A stretch of 64,000 bases of DNA, taken from contig OX597814.1 in the NCBI GenBank assembly GCA_951406725.2, positions 63,736,001-63,800,000 on the forward strand. Direction: 5' to 3'. Source of the DNA: Octopus vulgaris (taxonomy: Eukaryota). Both the position numbers and the translations under genes were made by a program. The notes under the pieces were generated by a model that saw only the letters and a list, made by a program, of their open reading frames with translations, searched no databases and had not been told where the DNA came from. Below, piece by piece: positions 26,951 through 39,142 of this stretch. Position 1 is the first letter of the stretch; each line of letters opens with the position of its first letter.

Positions 26951-27374
26951 AGCACTGTTATTTTTCGGCATAAGAAAGCTTGAAGCAACTTTCTATTGCA
27001 TTATTTCTTGCACATTTGTTCTGGTGGGATGTGTGTGTGCTGCATTTTATTTTGGGGTAGGGGGATACTGTATTGTGTCAGTTCATTTTGTTATGGGGTT
27101 TGGTTTGAGTCTTCTGTTGCATTAGTTTTTATATTGTATGTTGTTTTGCAGCGCAGGTTGTATTCTTCTGTCGGGTATCGGTGGCAGATGTGTGTTTTGT
27201 TAATTTTGTTAGGCATTTACAGTAAGAGTTTATTCTTGTATGCTTTTTGGAGGCGTGTTGCATAGTAGTGTGTATGTATAACTCATAAACCAACTATTTT
27301 GTAGTATTTATGATTGTCCGCCGTTCTTTATCTTTTGGTTGGTTTTGCTATGGGATTCATTAATTATTATTATT

Positions 27375-27848
27375 GAGTGAGAGAGCAGTGCATGCCATCA
27401 AAGTGACACTGGGGTAAAATATACGAAGCCCAATATACCCATCATGACTACCCGTCTGATAAAGGTACACCAGGCACATGCATCACAACCATATGTGCGC
27501 GACATGGTGATCTCATATCAAGATAAACAGCACATGACCTTGCAGGTGGGGCCCAGTTAGAATTTTCTTCAGGTTGAGTAGCCCATCCCGCTCAAAAGGT
27601 CCCTGAATAAGGGTTGTTTAAGGATGTTGAAAGAACCACCCATGTTTCCAGAGGTGAATTATTCAAACCCCAAAGAATCCCTCTCAACACATGGCTATGA
27701 TGCTCCCCCACTACTTCTGCTCGTGATCAGAGATGCACATATCGTCAGCCACTAAGGGACATGGTCAACTGGTTAAGGTCAAACAACTGACAAGCAAATC
27801 TGTGGTATTGAGCAGAATATTTGCTGTAGCCCATCTCTTATACCAAGA

Positions 27849-27849
<1 letters not shown>
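27375..27849 (-). mobile_element. ~475-bp non-coding element inserted in (TAA)n
   Basis: Well-preserved GC-richer island with (ATT)n on both sides, no meaningful ORF and no tRNA head. Strand is inferred from the (AAT)n-tail polarity of its neighbours. Confidence 0.6.
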
Positions 27850-27917
<68 letters not shown>

Positions 27918-27969
27918 CATTATTGTTGTTGTTATAGTTATTATTGTTATTATTATCGTTATTTTTATT

Positions 27970-28370
27970 ACCATCTTTCAATTCTGTTCTCTTTACTTGC
28001 CGTGTGTCTTCCTGACACCTAGGTCAGAGAAACGCACTGTATATATTTGTAGGCCATTAAAATAAATACACCAGATTGTTCATTTACACAGTCATGTGAT
28101 AGAGAAAAATAGGAAGAAAGACAGAGAGAAAAAGGAAAAATAAAAAATATAAAAGTAAACAAAGAATATAAAGGGCAAAAAGGGAAATAAAATTCACAGT
28201 GACAGGGCTCTTCTCAGTATGTGTGATGTACCAGTTAAGACAATCTTCTGCACTTACTGCAAGGGTGGTAATCCAGGGATCATTTTAACATAATTTTCAG
28301 TTCCTTTTTTGATCATTCCAAGTGCTCATGCAATCATTGGTATTGTAACCATCTTGAGATGCTAATATTT
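27970..28370 (-). mobile_element. R4/Dong-type 3' fragment
   Basis: HLKMVTIPMIA*ALGMIKKGTENYVKMIPGLPPLQ*VQKIVLTGTSHILRRAL. Confidence 0.82.
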
Positions 28371-28699
28371 GCTCTTACTATTGTGTAGTACAATTAAATG
28401 TTGTTTAGTTTCGACTTTGGTCTTATACTTGAAACAATCACAAAAATGTAAGGGTTGAAAGGGATAGTAGGAGAAAGAGAAACAGCTTGGTGTGTAGACT
28501 AAATTCTACACATCTACAAATAGGTTCGGCAGATGATGAAAAGAAGATCAGCGGCTTCACATTCCTATGCGATCAGGAGACAAAAGAAGCGCCACACCCT
28601 TGCGCTCAGCAGAGGGCAATATATAGAGTTGATTTCAATTGGGGCAGTTCTAGTGTACCCATGATACTTTCTCCATACAACCCTATCAGTTGAAATTCT

Positions 28700-29460
28700 T
28701 CACTCAGTAGCCTATTGTAAGGGCTGGGCCTGGGATTTCTTACTTTATATTGCTTTTGGCAGACGTGCTGGCAGTAGTCTTTCTCAAGCTCTCTTCGCCA
28801 TACAGTTTGTTGAGAATATCATTTGATCTCCAGTGGCTCTCAACCTGATATTTTATTGTGGAGGCTTTCACAGAGACTGAACCTTACGGATTGAAGTTGC
28901 GATAAATTGACTTAGCCATTAAGTTATTGAAGATTTGCCGTTTATAAAATGTAGTACTAACTATATTTTAGTTAGAGCAGTTTGGAGTTTAAATCTTTGA
29001 ATCTTGTATCATTAAATCGTCTCTCTAGTTCCTTTCTGACATCTTTCTGATGACGTGGGAAGTTGTTCTCTGTGCTACATTTCAAGAATACAACGATCTA
29101 TGATATACTTTTTGGAGGAATAAAATTTTGTTTTGTAAGTTACATGCCCATGCTGGTTCAGGCTTTCTGGGTGAATCTCCTTTGCATAGGTTCAGCTTTT
29201 TGCGATACAGAAGAAATGTGATGACTGAGACATATATTAAAAGGTTAATGGCTTCGTAGATTGTTTTCATATCTATAGACTGTATAGCCTTCAGATATTT
29301 CTTAGGCATTTCATTAAGGGTCTCTGGATATAATTTACCAAGTTCTTACATTATTCTGCTATTGCCTGGTTTGGCATTCAAATTAATGTTGCGGACCTCT
29401 TAAAGCATATCGTCTCAGATCAGTTGTAAGGTATCAACAAGCTTTCGGGTTCTTTTTGTA
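28700..29460 (-). pseudogene. Decayed R4/Dong-like pre-RT coding fragment
   Basis: INLLIYVSVITF..KPEPAWACNLQNKILFLQK resembles the N..Y....P.W..RL..KI..LR region of R4 ORFs. Confidence 0.5.
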
Positions 29461-29547
29461 CAGTATAGATATAGATTTCAGCTATACTGTTGGCGTATGA
29501 TTAATGAATGTACGTATGTAAGTATGTATGTGCTTGTTAATGTGTGC

Positions 29548-29590
<43 letters not shown>

Positions 29591-29625
29591 GTAAATATGT
29601 GTGTGCGCGTATGTATCAGTTTATG

Positions 29626-29753
<128 letters not shown>

Positions 29754-30778
29754 CGAATGCCTTTCTGAGTATGCGTATGTGTGTATGTCCGTATGTATAT
29801 GTATGCATATATGTATGAATGGAACTTTGATACTGAATATACTTGTATGTAAGTACCTATGTTTATGTTTCTATCGTTTTATGCGCATAATATCTATGCA
29901 GTTTTACATATGTATATGCGTACTCATTTATGCATGGTAGCGTTCATACTTGCATGTATGTGTTTATGCATGCATATATGTATGTATGTATGTATGTATG
30001 TGTGTATGTATGGACGCCTAGGTATAAGCAGACAAACCACATAACTAATGTAAATTTAGGTCAGTCGATCGTGGATAGACAAGATAAAATATCTGACATA
30101 AATTTCATCAGATTTTTCTTGTTTACCTTGTTTTCAATTTATCGCCATTTTGTTTCATTTTCTCGTACAGCAGAAGAAAGCTAGGGAGGAGATCATCGCG
30201 AGAGAGAGAGGGAGAGAGAGAGAGAGAGAAAGAAAGAGAGAAGGAGAGGGATCGAGAGTGAGAGGGATAGTAAAAGAGAAAAAGTAAGACAGAATATATA
30301 CTGTTAAGTAACATCAGCATGTATGTATGTGTGTATTTATTCTATATATATGTGTATATGTCTCTGTATGTATATATACATATCTGTATATGTATGTATA
30401 TATGTATATGTATACATACACACACACACACACACACACTCACACATATGTATGTATGTATGTATGTATATGTATCTGTATGTACATACACATATATCTG
30501 TATGCATATATACATACATAATATATGTTTCGAATGCGAGAAAAAGAGGGTGAGGGACAGGGGGAGAAGGACAGGGTCATCAGTGACACTGCAGTTCGTA
30601 TTAAGACAAAAGCTGTGCAAAGGAGTGCGAGTGTTAACAAATATTAAATTGTGAGGAAAGGAGTTGTCTAATTCATATCAACCTCTTCATTCTCTTCTCG
30701 AATACACAATTCAGCCCCTTTCTCTCACCATCTCTCTCCCTCTCTCTTAGTCTCTGTCTCCTTTTTCACTCTCTTCCA

Positions 30779-30851
<73 letters not shown>

Positions 30852-31295
30852 TGATTGTCAATGTCGCGTTACCGTTCTATTCCTCCTTGTCGCTTTTTAC
30901 TTATCTCACTCACCTTATCTCTCACTACCGCTTTATTTGCAATATTGCTCAACTCACCTTTATATATTGCAGGTTCTCATTACACACGTACACACACGCA
31001 CACTCACACACACTCGCATATCTCAAACACCAGAATTTCTCGCCCTCTCATATTTTTGCCTCAGTCTTCGTTTGTCGTATGAGATCCCTTTCTATCACTC
31101 TTGCTTCTCTCGCCCTCCCTCTCCGTCTCTCTCTCCTGCACACCTCTACCCGTTCCTTCTAATTTTGCCCCAATTGTGCTTCTTAATGTTTACGTTTTCA
31201 GCATTTTCTTCCTTCTACATCTTTTCGTAATAGTCTTCTCGTGATCTACAACTTCTCGTAATAATCTTCCCTCATTTCAAAAACCTATTTAGTAC

Positions 31296-31459
<164 letters not shown>

Positions 31460-32263
31460 ATGTCTGTCTGTCTACATATATTTATTTCTATCTACCTGGC
31501 TATCTATCTATCTATACATGTATATAAATATATATGTCCGTATGTCTGTCTAACTATCTACTAATCTTCCTACCTTCCTAGCTAATTAGATAACTAGATT
31601 AACATGTATCTCAGTCTCAGCTTGTCTGTCTGTCTCTCTCTATATATATATGTGTGTGTGCGTGCGTATGTGTGTTTATGTATGTACCACTCTATATATA
31701 GAGAGCAATAGGCCCAACTTTCTCTTTCTCTCTCGAAGTTTCCATTTTTACATAACTCCCCACCCTCACGCTTTCCATCCACCTGTCTGTCTGTCTCTCT
31801 TCTACTGTCTGCCTTTAATTTTAGTCTGGATATACCATTCCGTACTTTTCCCTCTCTTCATTTCTCTAATTCTCTCTTAACCTCATTTATATTTGCATTG
31901 TTAAAGTGATAGTTATACTACCGTTGATTTTGTATGATCGTATACAGATGTTAAACACATGCACACACACACGAGCGCATTCACGCACGCACGTACGCAC
32001 GCACTCACGCACATACATGCGCTCACTTTGGCTAAACCTGCAGACACTCACATACACATATACATTAGCATAAACACTCATAGGTATACAAATAATGCTA
32101 ATATCCTATGACCTATATAGCTTTAGCATTCTCTCAGTTTCTGTTTTTCTGTCTGGTTGTCAGTCTCTCTATCTCTCGATGTATGTATATATATGTATAT
32201 ATATGCGTGTGTGTGTGTGTGTGTGTGTATACACACATATATATGTATATAATGTATATACTT

Positions 32264-32294
<31 letters not shown>

Positions 32295-32389
32295 TATATA
32301 TATATATATAGGGTAAATAAAGGGTGCGGCAAATTTTGCTGAACCCTAATTATAATTATTCTCATAATTATAGAATGATTGTGTGTGTA

Positions 32390-32426
<37 letters not shown>

Positions 32427-33399
32427 ATGTATGTATGTATGTATGTATATATATATATATATATACAATGAAATTTAAAATTTACAACCTGAGGTTCTAA
32501 TGAATCCTTACAACTTATGTTATCATATAGGCTCTACCGAAAATAGGATTAAATTCAGGGGGTCTAACCACCTACAGAGTTTTAAGAATAGACAAAATAT
32601 TCCACCGGATTAAGTAAGTTCATATGGGATTTAAAAGATAGGATATTATTTGTTCTACAAGTTCTTATAACATCTCGAATAAGAGATATGAATTGTCTAC
32701 CGAAGAAACGTTTAGAATCCTCACTTTTTAACTTAACTTACGAAAAGAAAAACAATTTCTTGTATTCATGCAGCGAAACATGCGTTCTCTAAATTTAATT
32801 AAAAAAAATATAAGATAATTAATTATATTACTGGATAACATACCTATAAAATATACTATTAATAATAAACTGAAATTAATACGTCCGCTTTTACTTCAAG
32901 AAAATTTCTGAAACTTTTGGATTCATTAACTCTTCTATTGTTATTCACTTCCACCTGTGTATTTACACATACGTAAATAATAATGACTATAACACTTAAA
33001 CTGCACATTATTTTTGGCTCCATGACCTTAAATTAATCACCATCATTTAACCTTTACTTAGAAATACTTAATATCATTAACCACATATATATTTAATAGT
33101 CATTTACCTGCATAAGAAATTGAAATTAATGTGTCCATTTATTGGATGCTTTTTTGCCGAACCCTTTGGAGCTATTATTTTCATTCAAACAATGCTTTTC
33201 TTCCCATATATTCATACATAAATATAACACCGACTATACAACGTATACTACACAATATTGCTGCCTTAATTTCCTTACATAAATAACTACATTTTAACGT
33301 ATTTTTATAAACTAATTTGAAAGCTGTATAATTTATATAAATGTGTGATTATATGCATAATGTATGTACCTATGTGTGGGTATGGGTGTATCTCTCTTT

Positions 33400-33611
33400 T
33401 AATCTTTTACTATTTTAAATGTTTCAATCATTTTGACTGCGGTCATGCTGGAGGGAGTACCACCTTTAGTCGAACAAATCGACCACGGAACTTATTCTTT
33501 GTAAGCCTAATACTTATTCTATCGATCTCTTTTGCCGATTGCTAGCTTACGGGAGTCAAACACACCAACATCGGTTGTCAAGCGATGGTTGCGGACAAAC
33601 ACAGACACACA

Positions 33612-33666
<55 letters not shown>

Positions 33667-34095
33667 TTACACATACGTACATACATACCTATGCCTAATG
33701 TGACAGCGTGTGTACCGTTGGCGGTTTTTTTCCTCTGTCTTCCCTTCTCTGGATCTTTCCTTCTCCTATGTTTCCGACGAAGAGCTCCGCTCGAAACATT
33801 AAACCCTCCTTCTTTCCTTCTTTCCTGAGTGTCCAATAATACTATATTTGTTCCACGTCCTCGCGTTGTTGTGTTTTTTGTGCTTTCATGTTTGGATTAA
33901 CTACATATATATATATATATAAATATATATATATATACGACGGGTTTCTTTCAGTTTCCGTCTGCCAAATTCACTCACAAGGCTTTAGTCGGCCCGAAAC
34001 TACAATAGAAGACACTGGCCCAAGATGACACGCAATAGGATTGAACCCGGGACCATGTGGATGGTAAGAGCGAGCTATTTACCTCGTGTAATTAC
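33400..34095 (-). mobile_element. OR-like SINE split by an insertion in its internal (TA)n tract
   Basis: Tail at 33400-33612 and head at 33937-34095, collinear with the copies at 7624 and 44660. Confidence 0.88.
33695..33902 (+). mobile_element. ~200-bp solo pLTR-like insert with minimal hammerhead motif (33770-33804)
   Basis: GTTT-CCGACGA-aGAGCtccGCTC-GAAA-CA-TT-AAAC. Two substitutions from the canonical CTGACGA / GAAACGTT. Confidence 0.65.
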
Positions 34096-34251
34096 GTACA
34101 CAACTTTGTATACGCATGCGCACGCATTTATGTACATTTATGCATAGGTATGTATGTACGTATGTGTAAGTATGTATATGTGTATTTATGCAAGAATGTA
34201 TATATATGTATGTATGAATATATATATATATATATATATATAAATAGGTGA

Positions 34252-36184
34252 ATGAATTATCCTATGTTTATCGTCAGTATGGAAAATTCGTTGAACCGAG
34301 TCGTAGATTGGTTTACTTCTATTACTGATAAGTCCAACACTAAATTTATCCAATTCGATATATCTAGTTTCTATTCTTCAATCAACCCTATTATACTTAA
34401 TAAGGCCCTATGGCACGCACACAATAAGGCAGGCCTCTTCAGGGAGGAAATTAATGTGATATTGCCTGCTAGGAAATCTTTCATCCAGTTCGATAGCAAG
34501 TTGTAGGTCCGTAGAGATGCTCCTAATGCGTTTGATGTACTAATGGGAAGTACAGACAGCGCCCAGATAGCCGATTTGGTCGGAATTTATATTCTTTATG
34601 AAATGGCCGAGCAATTCCCGGACATCTGTGGAGGTCTTTATCGCGACGATTGTCTGCTTTACCTCCAAAACGTTTCGAATCAAAATATACAGAAGGTGAA
34701 GAACAGATTAGTTAAGTTTTTTAGTAGAATGGGCTTGCGCATCGTTTTTGACGATGAATTAACTAAAACCAACTTCTTAGACATTACCCTCAATTTGCAG
34801 AATAACTCATGCTTCCCTTATCATAAACCTTCCACAAATCTTAAGTATATTAGCCTTTACAGTAATCATGCCAGGCCAGTTACCGATAATTTGGTCAAAA
34901 ACATATCTTTGAGACTGTCTAAAATATCTGCCAATGTCGACATCTTTAACCAAAAGGCAGACTTCTATAACGCCGCCTTGTTAAAAGCCGGTTATAAGGA
35001 GAAAGTGTCATACATCGATTCAGCTTATTCTAAACCAACATCTGCTTCTCCAGATAGAAAAGTTACTCGTAATAGGAATAGTGATTTCAATTCTAATAGT
35101 GCCAGCAACCCTGTACATAACATAAATTCTTTACGGACTAAGGGAGGTAAGCGCCATTCAACCCCAAATTTCCAACCCAGAAATTTTCCCCTTACTTTCA
35201 CAAATAACACTAAGTACAATTCAAAGGCCACAAAAAACTGTATCTGGTTCGTAATACCTTTCGGAAAACAAATTAAATCGAACCTTCCCTTGCAGTTCTG
35301 TGAAGCCGTTGCTAGGAACTTTCCCAGAAATTCTAGATATCATTCTATTATCAATTCCCACATAGTTAGAATCGCTTTCTCTAACACTAGAAATCTTTCA
35401 CAAATTATATCTTCTCACAATACCAAGCTGCTAAACAAAGATTCTTCACCCGGGAGTTCCAACAGTAATCTTGCTAATTCCAACCCATCATACAATCATA
35501 ATAATAGGAATAGTATTAATAGTAATAGCATTGGTAGCAGCGATAGTGTTAACAATGATAACATTAATAATAGTATTAGTCGTGTTGATAACAATGGTAA
35601 TGTTGATGGTAATAACAATAACGGTATTATTGTTGGTGGTATTACTGGTTGTATTACCATTAATAATACTAATGATAATAGGAATAGTGTAGTTGTTGGC
35701 GCTAATAATAATAGTAACAACAATCATAGCAATAAAAACTTCGTTTCGATCTCGGAGGACAACCCCAACAGAATTAAATTTTTGTCTAGTAATTCTAAGA
35801 TTAAGTATTCTATTTACCAGTGTAGAATTTCTTCCGGTACCGATATCTTCTTCTATATAGGAGCGTCCACTTCCCAGTTATCCAAGAGAATTTCAAACCA
35901 TTATTCAACATTCAGGGATAGTAAAAAAACAACATAGTACAGGGCTAAGTAAATTAGTTTGGCGTCTTAAAGACAACAATATAAATTTCAAGTTAGATTG
36001 GTTCATACTGTCTGTATCCTTTCCTTAAGGAAAGGATACAGATAAGGGCAGGAGATTTTGTAACATTTGCAACTCTGAACTCTTCCATATTCTCTTCTCT
36101 AAGGTTCCCCTTGTAAACACACTCATAGAAAAATCATACAAATGTAAACACTGGCAGAAACATACTTTTTACTCATATAAATGA
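34252..36184 (+). pseudogene. PLE reverse transcriptase / GIY-YIG endonuclease, disrupted by TAG at 34504, a frameshift in the A-run near 35925 and a stop near 36026
   Basis: FIQFDISSFYSSI, FDVLMGSTDSAQIADLVG, GLYRDDCL, NFLDITLNL, YISLYSNH, IWFVIPF, IYQCRI..FYIGASTSQLSKRISNH, then STGLSKLVWRLKD..CNICNSE..CKHWQKH. Confidence 0.92.
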
Positions 36185-36462
36185 TAACGATAGTCACTGT
36201 GGTTGGAACAATTAGCTTAACGTTCACTCCACTTCAATAGCGAAATTCTTTCCTAAGCCTTCGAACATTCTTTCAATCAACGTACCCTTCCCTCTCCACT
36301 TGTTCCCTACCTATTATTCCTTTAACCCTTCTCTTCCTACTATCTATCTTTGACGTCAATTCTTCTAACGGTTTTTTTAAAAACACTCATTATCGTTTTG
36401 TTTATCACGTAGGCAGTCATCAAAATTTTTGTTTGTCTTGTTGTCGAGAGAGGCTCCCTTTC

Positions 36463-36542
36463 TTTCCTGATGAGAAGATTGCATAATGCACCCTTTATTC
36501 CTTTGGAATGAAACCATGTTGTCTTCGAAACATATGTCGAGA
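36463..36542 (+). ncRNA. Canonical type I hammerhead ribozyme in PLE 3' pLTR
   Basis: TTTC-CTGATGA-GAAGA...TCTTC-GAAA-CATATG-TC-GAGA. GUC triplet, predicted cut after 36538. Confidence 0.88.
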
Positions 36543-36591
36543 GTAAAGGAAATTTGTTAACATCTTCGTTCGACTCCATTCTTTCATTTAA

Positions 36592-36667
<76 letters not shown>

Positions 36668-36777
36668 GTAACAGAAAACAGGAATTTCGATTATCCCCAC
36701 GTGGTGAGTTGCAATGCATATAAGAAATTAAGAAAGGAAAATACGCACACTTACATAGTTTTAATATAATTCTTAAT

Positions 36778-36812
36778 ATATCGACCGGTTTCGCTTTCGC
36801 TATTCATGATAT
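36778..36812 (-). ncRNA. 35-nt ultra-minimal hammerhead-shaped motif with mutated core
   Basis: Minus: ATATC-ATGAATA-GCgaaaGC-GAAA-CCGG-TC-GATAT. Confidence 0.55.
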
Positions 36813-37646
36813 AATGTTTTACTTATTTGAATATATATTTTTTCTTAAGAAGAAATTTGATCCATGTTGTGTGTGATGAAATTCACGAGTGAATGACTTC
36901 ACAAGTAGATAAATAAAGGGAGGTAATTGGTTGTTGTTATTATTGTTATTGTTGTGGGTTAGGGAGATAACTGTTCAGCTTTCGGTAATGGGTGGGGATT
37001 ATATATGTGTACAGACAGAGAGAAGTTTCAAAAACCTTGTTTAGTAGGGGATTTACGTACAGTGATGTAATCGTGTATTTAAATGTGTAAAAAGATAAAA
37101 GTTGGTTATGCGTGCATATTAAGACGCATATGTATATATGCGTGTATATATGTATATGTATGTATGCATATATATGCATGTATATATATCTATATATATG
37201 TATGTATATGAACAAACAAGCGTATTTGCGCATACATGTATGTATGTATGCAAGTGTGTCTGAGTATGTATGTATCTGAAGAACCGTTATGACTAGATAC
37301 ATTTCCTTTTGGGAATGCTATTGTGTATAACGCACTAGTTTAAAATTTCCTTAACCAAGGGACATTCATTGATTGATTTTGGATCTGTATTTTTTGTATT
37401 TACACATTTTGTACATATATATTTCCCATAATCGGATATTCTACTTCTGTTATTTACTTTACATTTATATTATATTTTTAAAACTTTCTTAATTTTATTT
37501 TATTTCCACTTTTACTTAATTTACTTTTCATTTTATTATATCTTATTCTTCACTCTACCTTATTGCCCATTATATTCTAACTGATCTGTTAACCCTTCAC
37601 CCACACATATCAATAAAATATAACTCCTTATTTATATATAACTCCT

Positions 37647-37687
<41 letters not shown>

Positions 37688-37689
<2 letters not shown>

Positions 37690-37842
37690 GACGACGAGCT
37701 TGTTTCATTTTCCGTCTACCAAATCCACTCACAAGGCTTTGGTCGACCCGGGGCTATAGTAGAAGACACTTGCCCAAGGTGCCACGCAATGGGACTGAAG
37801 CCGCAACCATGTGGTTGGTAAGCAAGCTAGCTATCACACGCC
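37688..37842 (-). mobile_element. OR-like SINE head half
   Basis: TCCGTCTACCAAATCCACTCACAAGGCTTTGGTCG..GAAGACACTTGCCCAAGGTGCCACGC. Confidence 0.88.
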
Positions 37843-38262
37843 TATATGTGTGTATGTATGTATGTATGTATGTATATGTGTGTGTGTGTGTGTATACATG
37901 CATATATGGATACTGGACGTCACTATCGGTGTAAATAACATGAAATACGTAAACAAGGAGAAAAACTGGAAAACAGGACAAGTAAACACAGAGAAATGAC
38001 CCTTCGTCTATTGTCCGCTGTCTGTCTACTCCTCATTTCGAGCATTCAACGACAATATGATTCTTCAGTTCTTCAGAGACAGTTGCTCCCACAAATTCTA
38101 AAATAAAATTTAGGATGTATGGAGGGTCAAAGTTGGGAACCCAAAAATGACAGTGGAGACATACAAGGAAACCTAATGAAAACAAACATGGATGGTCATT
38201 AGCCCAGAATGAGAGAAAAATAGTGAACGCTGGAAGTAACATTTTTTGAAAAGAGAAAAAGC

Positions 38263-38327
<65 letters not shown>

Positions 38328-39142
38328 GCATGTGCTCTTTTTTTTGCTCTTTTTTTACCATTTTTCTCTGATCATGACATTTCCACATTTACCCTTTTTC
38401 CTTTTTCCTCCTTTTCTACTTTCGTTAATGTATCTTATAGCCAAATTTTAGTACTATCGGCTATTGATGAATCTTTCTTTCACTTTCTTGAAACTTCAAA
38501 TGAGAGTTTATCAAGAGGAAGTTTATCAAGTTATTAACATTTCCAGCACCATCCCCACCGAACGGATACAGAGTGGTGCTGGTGGGGGAGGGGGAGAAGA
38601 TAACTAGTGTCAGCACCTAAATGTAAATATGTTGCAAAGAATGAAGGCATAGAAATTCGTCCTAACAATGCATTATCCTGTAGTGATGGGTTTTTATCAT
38701 GACAGGGTTGACTGATTTACTTTCAGTTTGACTGTTTTAAAACAGGCCTGTGTGTTTTGAAGCTTGTTTTGGATTATATATCTTGTATAGAAGTACGGGA
38801 GTGGCGGGATCTCCCCCTTTATATTTCTACTTACTTTTTTTCAGGTATTGTAGTTATATTTGTGGTTTTACCAATAGATATTAAATGTAAAACTGGAAGC
38901 GAAATATGATGTTCCCAGGTTTATATCAGAATACAGTTTTAGGGTTCTGCAGATTTTACTTTTCCATTTATAAGTTGGCTACCCTGCATTCTGAATCAGT
39001 ATTCTTTACCTCCAGAATTTGTAAGCAGCAAACGTAAGAATTGTTTATAACGAATGAAAGAATTGTTTAAGGCAAACTAAGTTGTGTTTTCAATTTTATA
39101 TTTTTATTAATCATTCAATTTATTTTCTTGCTTCTCATTATA

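Larger units (their letters stand above)
34245..36592 (+). mobile_element. 5'-truncated Penelope-like retroelement (RT + GIY-YIG + 3' pLTR with hammerhead)
   Basis: Flanked by (TA)n. Coding and HHR evidence are given in the next two features. Confidence 0.92.

Noticed and set aside
32695-32790. CCGAAGA...GCGAAACATGCGTT possible hammerhead; similar weak cases at 38030-38080 and 44135-44160
   Set aside because: The stems cannot be paired convincingly, so these were not counted.
34504-36030. In-frame stops in the PLE as possible recoding (selenocysteine, as in Naiad PLEs)
   Set aside because: The stops are TAG/TAA plus a homopolymer frameshift rather than TGA at Cys positions, consistent with ordinary decay.
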